Notes: generated by a model from the sequence alone, not told the origin. A stretch of DNA of 63,491 nucleotides, filler included, from Licmophora abbreviata (GCA_900291995.1; 8 parts of 8 records of this genome joined end to end with filler, not necessarily neighbours in it), one strand, 5' to 3'; positions 47,501 to 58,813 are shown, counted from the whole stretch's first letter. Numbers and translations are program-made.

Positions 47501-48025
47501 TTTGAGCAATCCATTGATCTCGGGCAACTTCAAGTTTCCTCCCCACGGAGGTCGTCGCCAACAAAGAAGCAATCCACTCCGTACCAACTTTACATGCGCG
47601 AGAACTATGTCATGCTGAAGAAACAGCTCCAGGACGACAAGAAGGCAATCTTCACGAAATGCCACGAGATGTGGGAGCACGAAACGGACAGCGTCAAAGC
47701 GTTGTATGAACGTAAAGCTAGAGAAGAGGCCAAAGAAGACGCAAACGAGCTTTCGGCGCGGCTAGAAGATGCCATGGAAGTTTTGGATTCGACTCCCCGC
47801 ACAATCGAAGCCGGTTCATCGTTTGGAGCGGACAAGGACGAAGAGAAGGTCGTTCGGAACCTCTACATGATGAATCGGGCGTTGAACCTGGAGTCGGCCG
47901 TGCAGTTCGCCAGCCTGGTGGCCGCTCATCATGTCGACGTGAGCACGCGGGACTTGCTGCATCTAGATATTCTCTGTCTCCTCGAACGAGCGCTCATCGT
48001 CCCCCTCGGGCTCGAGGAAATCTGA
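44533..48025 (+). CDS. Fusion protein: myo-inositol-1-phosphate synthase + PfkB-family kinase with inserted HMG-box, about 1107 aa. Exons 44533-46238, 46324-47202, 47287-48025
   Basis: MIPS motifs [60 protein letters not shown]. PfkB motifs [50 protein letters not shown]-like [22 protein letters not shown]. Confidence 0.88.
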
Positions 48026-48179
48026 CCCGTTCTTACAGTCTACGACAAGAAGGACGAGCATTAGGCTCCATGACGACTTCCAAGTAGCTCGTACTGTTAA
48101 TTTTTATAGCGACCTATCGACAAATATGACGGCGAAATCTTCACATTTTGCACATTCAGGGGATGACGGCGTAAATCTT

Positions 48180-49296
48180 TTAAAAATCAGCATTGAAGTT
48201 CAGTGATCTTGTCCCAGACCCACTTTCCTCCAGTGATGCCATCACCCCACTCTTTTGATACTCCGCAACTCGTTTCTCGAAGAAATTCGTCTTCCCCTCC
48301 AAACTTATCATGTCCATCCCTGTGTTAAAGATATGCATGTCATGGGCGGTGTTAGATCCTGGAATACTTCAAAACGTGGATCAACCATCGGGACAGTCGT
48401 CACACTACTTACAGTCGAATGGATTCTTACTCCCGTACAATGGTCGATACCCGAGGTCCTTGAGCAGGCGATCCGCCACAAACTCGATATACTGCGACAT
48501 GAGCGACGCATTCATACCAATGAGACTGACGGGCAGAGCATCACAGATGAATCCTTTCTCTACTGCCACTGCTTCGCCAATGACCCTGTGAATTTGATCT
48601 TCGCTCAACTTGTTCTGTAGCTTGGAGTACAAGTGACATGCGAACGAGCAGTGAAGACCTTCGTCGCGACTGATGAGTTCGTTCGAGAAGGTAAGACCCG
48701 GCATGAGACCTCTCTTTTTCAACCAGAAGATGGCACAGAATGCCCCGGAAAAGAAAATCCCTTCCACTGCGGCAAATGCTACCAAACGCTCCGCAAACGA
48801 CGCATCGGAGCTAATGTAGCGCTGCGCCCACTTGGCCTTCTTCTTGACGCTGGGCACGCTGGTATGAGCGGAAAACAAAACATCCCGATCTTTGGCATCC
48901 GATATGTATGTGTCAATCAGCAAGCAGTAGGTTTCTTGATGAATACTCTCCATGGCCATTTGGAATCCATAAAAACAGCGGGCTTCGGGTACAGTCACTT
49001 CACGACAGAAGCGTTCGGCCAAGTTTTCTACGACGATCCCATCGGCACCCGCAAAGAAGGCCAGTACCATGGAAACAAAATGTCTCTCATTTTCGGTTAA
49101 TTTGTTTTGCCAATCCGACAAGTCCATGGATAAGTCAATTTCATCGGCAGTCCAGAAGCTAGCCATGTGTTGCTTGTACATGCTCCACAAGTCGGGGTGT
49201 TCAATTGGAAAGAGAGAGAAGCGAGATCCAGCTTCGTCGGTTCGGCAAATGGGTTCGACGAAGGTATCATTCTGATCATCGTTCTGTTGCAACGAC

Positions 49297-49336
<40 letters not shown>

Positions 49337-49739
49337 CTGACTGGGCGGCAGGTGACGGTAGTCGATGAGGGCTACTTTTTAACGTGTCGCTCCCACTGTC
49401 CGTTCTGGCGTTCGATACGCTACTACTGCCTCCCCGAGCTAGTATCGAGTCAGAAGGCCTAGACGGTCGTTCCAAGGGCAGCGATGGCTCGTCTGTTGTA
49501 GACGATCCACCACCTCGCCACCGTCTTGCCACGTGTCGGAGGACACTTGGGTCATCGATGATCGCGTTTCTCTGGTTTCGAGCGGAGGATGAGAATCCAA
49601 GCATCGTCGGCGGTATAACAGGTATAGAATTGACAGAAATAACAAGAAGGAGGAGGAGAAGAAGAAATGATCGTCCTGCAGTAGTGGTATTCACCATCTT
49701 CCGTTTGTTCGTTTGTAATCTGAGGAGGAACTCGCTCAT
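48180..49739 (-). CDS. RNR2: Class Ia ribonucleotide reductase small subunit (R2) with an N-terminal signal peptide. Exons 49739 (or 49697)-48413, 48319-48180
   Basis: [69 protein letters not shown]. Confidence 0.95.
49297..49336. repeat. (CAA)n microsatellite encoding polyQ in the R2 leader
   Basis: About 13 TGT units on the + strand. Confidence 0.95.
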
Positions 49740-50315
49740 AATGGTGCGTTGCAGGGACACACTTTCACCTCCAATCCAAAACAGGAACTCGATACCAAGC
49801 TTTGCGTTGCCTCTCTCACTATTTTCATATATAGACGCCCCTCTACGGTTCAGGGTGGTCGTCGGGAAGAACTGATAGTGTCCCGTACAACTGAGTGTGT
49901 GTGAGGATGTTGATGTGTGGTGCATGTCACAACGAGCACAGAGACGGCGGTGAGCGACGGGATGGATCACATTCGATCTTTTCGTACAGCGTCGCAGTAC
50001 AAAGTCTACGTGGAAGGCATCCATAGCCATTGAAGTATGTTTGCGCGCCCTCTGACTCATTCGACTCTTAGAAGGTCAGGTTTGTTGGAGAGTACGTGTG
50101 GCTGCTGTTGCGGGAGAATGATCCCATTCGTTCGTGGTTGTCTGATGCCAGCTGTCGTGTGCGAACAATTTTTTGGCGCGCCTGTTTCGACGTTCGTCCG
50201 TGTTGAAGCCCGCAGGATTTCGTTCCGACTCACTCACTCGCACTCATCAGCATTGCTCTCGCCATCTGTGAACTTTCCAGGTCTCTTTTAGGCTACAAGA
50301 AAACAACAAAGCACC

Positions 50316-51066
50316 ATGTCTACGTCCTCCTCCTCTACTTCTGATCCACCTTCTTCTTCTTCTGCAGAGCTTCTCGGTAGTACCGACATTGGAAAGCTCC
50401 TCAGTTCGGATGGACCGATCGTCACGTGTGTCTTGCTCCGGGCGACTCCCAAGATGGACGCGGGCGGAGACCAGAAGCTCCCGGCAGCATCCAACAACAC
50501 GTCAGCAGACGCGTCGTCCAAGAAAAAGACAGTCTTGGTCGATCTAATGGAAGAAATTCAAGTCGACACGACTCCTAAAAAGTCCATGGTCAACAAGGTT
50601 CTGGGGGGACCGTTTACGTTCCTAGGACAGTTTGAAGACGAAGGCATCATGTTGATGGTGCGGCGTTATGAGAATGACGCGAGTGATGGACAGGAACCAC
50701 TGCCCCCAGTCAATCCGCATCAACTTCAGCCTCCCTTTGATGATGTGGAAGTCTATGGAGATATTCTCATTATGAAGGTGGCACCGACCGATGAAGTTTT
50801 GGATCGTCCAGAGGATGATGACGACGACGAGGAAAAACAACAAGAGAAGAAGCTTGTCGTTCCAGCGGGAGACGATTTCTTCTTGGATTATACCAAGGAA
50901 GAGTACGTAGCCTTTGCCTTGCGTACTGATGTTGTCGCACCGGTACTCCCAGAAGAGAGTGACTGCGAGGAGGAGGAGGAAGAAGAAGTGGACAGTGATG
51001 CCGAAGACGAGGACTATGACATAGAGGACGAACTAGAAGAGGATGACGAGGAAGATGACAAGGAAC
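50316..51066 (+). CDS. Hypothetical acidic protein, 3'-truncated by the gap
   Basis: The ORF is open to the gap. Core LGGPFTFLGQF..VNPHQLQPPF..VYGDILIM..FFLDYTKEEY is followed by a D/E tail. Confidence 0.7.
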
Positions 51067-51166
51067 NNNNNNNNNNNNNNNNNNNNNNNNNNNNNNNNNN
51101 NNNNNNNNNNTTAATTAATTAANNNNNNNNNNNNNNNNNNNNNNNNNNNNNNNNNNNNNNNNNNNN
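51067..51166. other. Artificial scaffold spacer
   Basis: N44-TTAATTAATTAA-N44. Confidence 0.97.
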
Positions 51167-51212
51167 AATGAGTACACCCGTTCATTCACCCATTACATCA
51201 TCATCTAGTCTA

Positions 51213-53909
51213 CTAGTACGCTGAGATCTCTTCTTCAGGGATGTCTGGCTCGTCCATCTTTTCCATGGCGGCCTTGATGCTCAGATTCGTATCTTTCGGC
51301 TCCAAGTCAAGCGCAATCAAGAAGCACCGCATCGCTTGCTCCGTCCGCCCGAGGCGCTTCAACACCTTGCCCATCCCATAGTGTACAGAAGCCTCCCGGG
51401 GACACAAGTCACGAACCTTCTCCAGTTCCGCCAATGCCTCGCGTGGACGATCTAGCGCCGTGTAAATGTTGGCACGCTGGTAGCGAGCCTGTGGGTTGCG
51501 CGGACTGACCTTGAGCGCGCGCGAAAAGGTCTCAAGAGCATCGTACGCTTTTCCATTGTTATTCTGGGCGAGTCCCAAGTGGCATAGCAGGACAGCGCTT
51601 TGGGGGTTGATATCAATGGCGCGCTGAAAGTGGTACTCGGCCAGTTCGAACTGCTCTTGTCGAAAGTAAATGGTACCAATACCATACCAGGCATTGTAGT
51701 GACGATCGTCGGCGCGAATGGCGTCACGGTAGCATGCCTTGGCCTTTTCAAAATCTTCGATGGCCATGTACTCGTGTCCGGATAGTGTGTGTGAGTAGGT
51801 GAAGGACGGGTCAAGCTGGATGGATCGCCGAAAGAATGTCAGAGCTGCCTCGTGGTCCTTTTGAAGGGAAAAGCAGTTTCCAACGACACACCAACTCTCT
51901 GCACTGAGACGATCAAAATCAGTGGCGCGCTGTGCGAGATGAGACAGCTGTACTTCCTTCTTAAGTTGCCACAAAGTAGTGGACAGAACCTCGAGCCCCT
52001 TGATGCGATGAGGTTCTGTTTGCTGCATGAGCTCTAGGTACCGCTGCGCGTTGCGGTAGTCGGCCATTTCAGAATGTGCCCGACCCACTTGATGAAGTAC
52101 CCAGCCCGTGCGAAACTGCTCTTGAGGGAGTCGATGAAAGATCTGAATTGCCTCACGGCAACGGTACTGTTTGTTCAGGAAAGGCACCACAACTGGCATA
52201 AGCGTACTAGTACGAAGCGCTTTTCAACTTGACCGGCTGATGAAAAATCCACTTACCTGACAAAGTCGCTTGTGTGCCCCTCCCATGATACAAAGTAGTT
52301 CCAGAATTGACTTGACGCTATCTTCGTCGATCTCGCAGCCGCTACTTCGCTCGGCAGCACCAGAATCGGATGACTCTTTCTCAAAGAGCGCTCCGGGACG
52401 AGAAGCCCCAGTCATCGAAAGTCCACCTCGCGGCGCTGTTCCTTCGTCCATCGCTTTCACTGATGCGCCTTCGCCAATTATATCCTTCGAGAGACTTAGG
52501 CGCGAAAACGATCCTCCTTTTCGACTTGCTGCACTCATGTGGATGCTCATGCTATCAAGTCCCCCGAGGAACAGTGATCGAGGCTTGTTGCTCGACGAAG
52601 GCGACGCTGTCTCTGGAGACGGCGGGTAGTACAACCGCGACGCCACCCTATTGGCACGCCTCACCACGACTGGATTGAATCCGTCGCCAGAGGCACCCAA
52701 GTATGACTTTTCCGTCGTCATGGGAATGGGTGTCAAATTGGGCGTTTCAAACAGGGATGTCCCCGAGGGACGAGGCGGTTTGCTGTTAGTATGGCGTGAG
52801 GAAGTAGGAAACAGAGATGTCTTGGGTAGAAAGGACGACATGGGCGTCGTTGTCAAGTCAATGGCCGCACGAGCTGGGGATGGAGCCGCAGCTGCCGCCG
52901 TTTCAGTTATGGGTGTTTGAGACAAGAAGCTTGGGGTCAAGACGCCGCGTTCCTCGCGGGGTGTCGGTTGTGCAAGGTTAGTTTTCTGGTCCTCTAATGT
53001 CTCAGGGGGTAAGACGAGCGCATCGGGACACACGCCAAAGATCTCCACCGGGTCCAAGACATCGTCCGGAGCGCCAAGCTCGCAAAGGGCTTCATAACTC
53101 GACCACATCATGGGGTCCAACTGAGAATGAGAAAAAACGACATGAGCAGGTACAGCGTGAGAAGAAAATTCCCCAGTACACAAGCATTGAACGTCTTCAC
53201 GTAGAACATATTGTTAGTACCTTCAGGGACATACGATAATACTTTATGGCCCGTTCCTTTCGATTGGAGTTGCGACAAATATCGGCCAATAAGTGCAGAC
53301 CCACTGCTCCATTTGGAAGCGGACAGGGCTGTGCGCCGTTGAGGAAGATGAGATTAGGAAAGATGAAATAATGATGCAGCCGAACGGGTGTTCACCTCCC
53401 TTCCCTACTGCGGTACTCACCGTCTTGGTGAGGATCCACTCTTCCATGTTGTCATTGGTTGCCGAGCGGGTACCTCCGTCCTTGTCATCACTTCTTGCGC
53501 GGTACTGATTCCGACAGGCGGCGAGCAATGCATCCTCGGCACGTCCGTACTGCTTCAAATCATAATAACATTTCGCCAACAAGTACAGCGTGTTGGCGTC
53601 CTTGCCTATACTCCCGCGATGCCCCCTGCTGGTGTCGTCATTCTGTTCGAGTACGGCTCGTGCACTCTGCGGCGATCCGGAACGATAATGACACATTGCC
53701 AGCAGGTACAGGGATTCGCTGCTTTTGTGATGAGCCACATAGCGTTCCGCAAGAAAGATGGCGTTGTCGAGACAGAGCATGGACAAGTATTGTTGAATCA
53801 AGGCAGTGTACGTGTCGTCGAGGCGTCCGGCGGTAGCAGCAGCTTTGGTGTCGTTTGATTCGGGATGAGCGGACAAATCGACGCCATCAGCGACACTGGG
53901 TGCTCCCAT
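51213..53909 (-). CDS. CDC27: APC/C subunit CDC27/APC3. Exons 53909-53421, 53328-53221, 53120-52257, 52166-51213
   Basis: NAIFLAER, LDP.MWSSYEALC.LG, TGWVL.QVGRA, ESWCVVGNCFSLQKDH, TLSGHEY, RHYNAWYG.G, TPR array. All three introns are phase 0. Confidence 0.95.
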
Positions 53910-54199
53910 AGTGAGATACGAATGATAGATAAGGAGAGTGGAAGAAGCACGAAGCGATGATGAAATAGCTACTTGATGAGCGTCGCGGTGATGATCTCCA
54001 TGGTCGACGCGGCTCATCCTCGCGTCTCTCTCAACACGGCGTCCGTCTGTATGTCCCCTAAGATTTTGATCGAATGCCAAAGACTCGACGGACGACGGAA
54101 CTTTCAACTTTGTGTTCAGTCTACCGCCCCGACCATGACTTGATCTCTCATTGTGCTGTCCTTACAACTCTTCTTCTTATATCGAAACGCTTGCCTACC

Positions 54200-55642
54200 A
54201 TGGTTGATACGCCCCTACGTCCGCTCAATCGCTCGGTAGTCCTCGTACTATGCATTGCTCTGTCGCTTCTTATCGGTACGACCCGAGCCTTGTCGCCCAA
54301 CACCGAGTACATTCCCGGCACTCCCCGAAGCAGCGTCGTGGAACTGACGCGTGCCACCTTTCCGCATGCGCTCGAGGATCCTGCGAACTCCCTCTGGCTC
54401 TTGAAATTCTACGCCCCCTGGTGTGGACACTGCAAGCGCATGGCGCCCATGCTGAACGAGATTGCGCCGGAGCTGTCGTCTCAGCTGGCGATTGCTAAAA
54501 TTGACTGTACCGTGCAGAAGGCCTTGTGCAGCGAGTATGGGGTCAAGGGGTATCCGACCTTGAAGTTTGCGCGGGATGGGAAGGTCTATGACTACCCGGG
54601 TGGGCGCAAGAAGGAAGACATTGTGCGTTTTGCGAAACAAATGAGTGCTCCTGCGGTTGTTGATTGTGGGGGGTCCTACGACAGTGCCTTGGAATTGGCA
54701 AATGACGAGGACGACGAGGAAGAATTGGGAATTATCTTTGTGGTTTACCATAAAGATGTCAAGACTATTGACGATCTTCAGTCGACATCGCTCACGCAAG
54801 TATTTTCTCAAGTCGCACGCGTGGACCAGCCCTTTGCCAAGTTTTGTCTCTTGTCGTCGACCGACCCCCCGCCCGATCTGGCCCCGTTTTGGCTCAACCA
54901 AGAGGAAAAGGACAAGGGATTTATTGCGAAGCTTCAAATCAACGTGCCTTTGAAACTTCTCCCCTTGAAAGAAGACGAAGAAGTCGATACGCCCATGCTT
55001 TTGGATTTTGTCAAGGAGTACAATGTGCCTCTGGTGTCACAGTTGGGACCTCACAATTTCCATAAGATTGGTCGAAATGGACGCAGACTCGTCATCGGTG
55101 TCATTGATGGTGGTGCCGACGAGAAAGATGGGCAGATAGAGACTATGAAGAAGAAACTGGCTGAGTATGCATTGTCAGGCCCCACGGTCATCACTGCCCA
55201 GTATTACTTTGGCTGGATCGATGGGAAGCAGTGGCAAAAGTTCTTGCAGAACTTTGACGTCGAGCCCAACGCCCTGCCACAAATATTGGCGTTGGATATG
55301 GAAGAGAAGAAATACTGGCAGAATGCAACCTACACGTCGGTAAAAGACTTTTTGATGGCGATCGAAGATGGCAACGTGGAGGTCAAGTACTCGGGAAGAC
55401 CGCCGACAGGCGCGAGGGGCGTGTTGGCGCGGGCGGAGCGGACCTTTTTCAAGTACTTGCCGTGGAGTGTCGTCGGGGTGGTTGCGGTCATCTGCTTAAT
55501 GTGTATTCTTATCATTCCGACTCCAGACGAGTTGCGCGAGGGGGTGTTCGGTGAAACCAAGAAGGCGGCGGCAGCAGCTGCGGCCGCCGAGGCTAGCGGA
55601 GAAGAAGTACAAGAAGGAGATGAGTCCAAAAAGGACAAGTAA
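54200..55642 (+). CDS. Membrane-anchored protein disulfide isomerase (TMX3/PDIL5-2-like)
   Basis: Signal peptide, FYAPWCGHCK, GYPTL, b-type domains, C-terminal TM segment and a KKDK dilysine ER-retrieval signal. Confidence 0.9.
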   Translation: MVDTPLRPLNRSVVLVLCIALSLLIGTTRALSPNTEYIPGTPRSSVVELTRATFPHALEDPANSLWLLKFYAPWCGHCKRMAPMLNEIAPELSSQLAIAKIDCTVQKALCSEYGVKGYPTLKFARDGKVYDYPGGRKKEDIVRFAKQMSAPAVVDCGGSYDSALELANDEDDEEELGIIFVVYHKDVKTIDDLQSTSLTQVFSQVARVDQPFAKFCLLSSTDPPPDLAPFWLNQEEKDKGFIAKLQINVPLKLLPLKEDEEVDTPMLLDFVKEYNVPLVSQLGPHNFHKIGRNGRRLVIGVIDGGADEKDGQIETMKKKLAEYALSGPTVITAQYYFGWIDGKQWQKFLQNFDVEPNALPQILALDMEEKKYWQNATYTSVKDFLMAIEDGNVEVKYSGRPPTGARGVLARAERTFFKYLPWSVVGVVAVICLMCILIIPTPDELREGVFGETKKAAAAAAAAEASGEEVQEGDESKKDK

Positions 55643-56160
55643 GAACGTCTCCGTGCGCGTCATAGTTATTTTACGTACACCTTCTAATCCGTTGAGCGGG
55701 ACTGGTTGTTGCCGAAAAAACACGAACTTCGTAGACGGTAAACAGATTCGAGATTTCTCGCCAGGATCTCATTACTTCGATAGACTTTTGCGTGCTCAAT
55801 AGGCGCGTGAGTCCGGGTGCTAACTTCGACCTAGACCAGCAGGCTCCGTTCGGTCTAGTATCCTATGTATAAGTACGACGTACGAATGGGCACGGTGTGC
55901 CCAGGGGGGTGCGCATCGAGAAAGCAAGAAGCCTCACTCCATCAAATCCGTTCTGGCTTTTATGTATTTCGGATGCTGCGCGCGGGCGCGTCATCTGATT
56001 CTTAAGAATTCGCGCCGGCCAAGTCTAGTCTCAACGGCGTGAATTTTTCGCACCCTCTCGTCGCGATGTGCACCAACCACTTTTTCCACGTTCGACCGCA
56101 ACGCACACGACGCTGCTGCTCTGTCTAGGAAGCCACTAGTCTACCTTCTAATCCTCCACG

Positions 56161-56633
56161 ATGGGTCGCACAGCGAAAGGCAACGACTTCGAGACCATAT
56201 ACGGTCAAAATGACGCGCCGACCGAGACTCCTGAACTCCTGCAAAGCAAGCTTCTTGAGCTCGACCAAGAACTCGAAAAGCTACCCGCTGCCGACAAACA
56301 GGGCTGGATGCAAGCGCAAGAAAAATGTCCCGATCTCGTGAACGACGACCACAAGCTTCAATTTCTACGGTGTGAAGTCATGAATGTTGAGGTGCGTCTA
56401 TTTGCGACGGCTTTAAAATCGTTTTTCTCGTCCAATCTAACGAACGGCTCCCTCTTCTTCCTGCAGCTCGCCGTCGAGCGTCTTGTGCGCTACTGGGACA
56501 CTCGAATTGATCTCTTTGGTCCCGACAAGGCCTTTTTGCCCTTGAAGCTTGATGAAGCTTTGAAGGACGACAGTGTTGCGTTGAATTTCGGCTTCATTCG
56601 CATTGTGCCTGCCAAGGATCCAGTGGGACGAGG
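56161..56633 (+). CDS. CRAL-TRIO (Sec14/clavesin-like) protein, copy 1, 3'-truncated by the gap; intron 56392-56466
   Basis: KLQFLRCE..LAVERLVRYW..R..LFG..DPVGR. Paralogous to the next gene. Confidence 0.85.
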
Positions 56634-56733
56634 NNNNNNNNNNNNNNNNNNNNNNNNNNNNNNNNNNNNNNNNNNNNTTAATTAATTAANNNNNNNNNNN
56701 NNNNNNNNNNNNNNNNNNNNNNNNNNNNNNNNN
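56634..56733. other. Artificial scaffold spacer
   Basis: N44-TTAATTAATTAA-N44. Confidence 0.97.
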
Positions 56734-56980
56734 CCGACAACAAGCATTTCACATCCCAGGCACACCAAATGCCGCGCGCCAGCGTGTACTCGTATTTGAG
56801 TACCGAGCACGCTGCACCGCGCGCGCCTCGCGTTGAACTTCAAAACGAAACTCTCGCTTCGCGCGCTTTCCGTCTTTCGGGACAAAGGAACAAACCCTGT
56901 GTTCGAAGAACGGCGCCATAAAACACTTGAATTCATCGCCTTGTATTGCAGTACTCTTGTTGCCAGGAGCAATAACCACA

Positions 56981-57926
56981 ATGCGTCCGACGAAGAAAGA
57001 TGTCGACTACGAGACCATGTACGGGCAGAAACCCACGCCAACTGAGACCCCTGAACTGCTTCAAAGCAAGATTCTTGAGCTCGACCAAGAACTCAGAAAG
57101 CTCTCTATTGACGACAAGCAGGGATGGATGCAAGCACAAGAAAAGTGCCCTGACCTCGTCAACAACAACCACAAGCTTCAATTCTTGCGGTGTGAGGTCA
57201 TGAATTCAGATGTAGTTATTTTGTGGCTTTTTGATTCGCGTGTCTCCGTTCAAGCTCACATGCAGGCTCTACACCTGTCTGAACTTCTTACAGCTCGCTG
57301 CCAAGCGCCTTGCACACTATTGGGATACCCGAATTGATCTTTTTGGCTTGGAAAAGGCTGTTTTACCCTTGAAACTCGACGAAGCTTTGAAGGATGATGA
57401 TGTGGCGTTGAATTTCGGCTTTATGCGCATCGTGCCTGCCAAGGATCCTGCCGGACGGGGGATTGTATTTGCAGATCCGTCTCGTCAGGACCTATCGCAG
57501 TACGAACGCAAGAGTATGACACGTGGTATTTGGTATGGTGTGAGCGCCTTATTGGAAGATGAGGAGATACAGAGAAAGGGCGTTGTCTTTATTGCGTACC
57601 CACGCAACGCGAAATTCAAGCAAGTGGATCGGCCCCAGATGAAGCTAAACATTGACAGCATCCAAGGGTGTCTTCCGATTCGTGTAGCGGCTTTTCATAT
57701 TTGTCACCCTCCGACTTTCTTTGCGTTGGTCTTCCCTATTATCAAGTTATTCATGAGCGAACGCATGCGGAAGCGCATGAAGGTGGAATCGGGCTCAGAC
57801 GAAAAGGTGTTGGCGCGACTAGAGAAATACGGACTGCCGAAAGACAAACTTCCGACGGACATTGGAGGTAACTTGTCACTCGATCACGAAGGGTGGCTCG
57901 AAGAGCGGAGAGAGTCAGGATTGTAG
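56981..57926 (+). CDS. CRAL-TRIO lipid-binding protein, copy 2. Exons 56981-57211, 57294-57926
   Basis: FLRCE..AAKRLAHYW, DPAGRGIV, Q.KGVVFI, CLPIRVAAFHICHPP.FF..FPIIK.FM..RMRKR, LPTDIGG. Confidence 0.9.
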
Positions 57927-57970
57927 AGAGAAGAGTCATAGAACGTGTTCGCTATTACATTACCAACTAC

Positions 57971-58813
57971 TCAAGAAACGACACACTCTTCTTTCTTCGT
58001 CGTCGCATCGCGCTGAGGATAATAGTTCGGCTGCAACTCCCTGTCTACAAACTCGAGCCAGCGAAAGTGCTCCATGTGTCCGCCATACTGCCCGTGCGAG
58101 ACATACTCGCTCTTGAGGCTCAGAAAGAGAGCCACTCCTTTCTGTGCAAAGGCTGGGGTATGTGTATCCACAACAGCTTTGAGTTTTTTCGTCTTCCAGT
58201 TCTTGAGTCGATTTCCGACCCCTTCGTTCACACAAGCTGTAACCAAGGTCTCATATTCCGACATGAGGTCCTTGTTCATCATCATTTTTTCGACATGAAT
58301 CGGCATCTTTTCCTTGAGCTTCTTGCGTCCACCAAAGTCCTTGAGCTGCTCCACAGCTACTCCGTAGGGAAACTCGAGCTTCGTGTAGATAGTTTTGACA
58401 ACCTGTCCACTATTGTTCTCCACATCATACTGTGGGACATAATCCGGTACAACTTCCGTGTCAATAAACTCGATCCAGCGGTAAAAACCTGAGACTGACT
58501 TGCGCTTGCAGAGAACCACTTTGATTCCCTTTTCCGCAAACTCGTCATGAAACAAGTCGACAATCGAGACAAATTCTTCGTCCTTCCACATTCCAAAGAC
58601 ATTTCGAGTATTACTCTCCTGCACTATGGCTTCCACCATCTTATCATAGACTGGTTTGAGCTGCTTCTTCTCCAAAAGAGCTTCCACCTGAGGCGGACAC
58701 TTGTCAGCAAGTTTCTTCTTGCTGCCGTCGAGTTCCTCCACCGCGACGCCGTCCGGAACGACGTGCTTGCCTCCGGCCACTTGGGTTCCAGCTTCCATAT
58801 CGGTGTAAGGCAT
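57971..58813 (-). CDS. Unknown protein with two tandem ~120-aa homologous domains and a C-terminal CaaX box (CVVS)
   Basis: P.GVAVE.L..KKL..K.P..VE..FA.KG..RW.EF.D.E..P.Y.PQ.D occurs twice. The protein ends KKEECVVS*. Confidence 0.75.
   Translation of the reverse strand: MPYTDMEAGTQVAGGKHVVPDGVAVEELDGSKKKLADKCPPQVEALLEKKQLKPVYDKMVEAIVQESNTRNVFGMWKDEEFVSIVDLFHDEFAEKGIKVVLCKRKSVSGFYRWIEFIDTEVVPDYVPQYDVENNSGQVVKTIYTKLEFPYGVAVEQLKDFGGRKKLKEKMPIHVEKMMMNKDLMSEYETLVTACVNEGVGNRLKNWKTKKLKAVVDTHTPAFAQKGVALFLSLKSEYVSHGQYGGHMEHFRWLEFVDRELQPNYYPQRDATTKKEECVVS

Noticed and set aside
46301..48025. Treating ORFs 46301-47206 and 47390-48025 as independent genes
   Set aside because: Both start at non-ATG codons and each holds only part of a PfkB fold. 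Canonical splice sites join them in frame to the MIPS exon.
48126..48180. Short direct repeat atgacggcg(t)aaatctt in a convergent intergenic spacer
   Set aside because: Two imperfect 16-17-bp copies with no element between them, so there is no basis for a target-site duplication call.
49740..50060. Extra ~107 N-terminal residues of the 551-aa RNR ORF
   Set aside because: It begins at a non-ATG codon in promoter-like sequence shared with the divergent gene. ATG 49739 or 49697 is more plausible.
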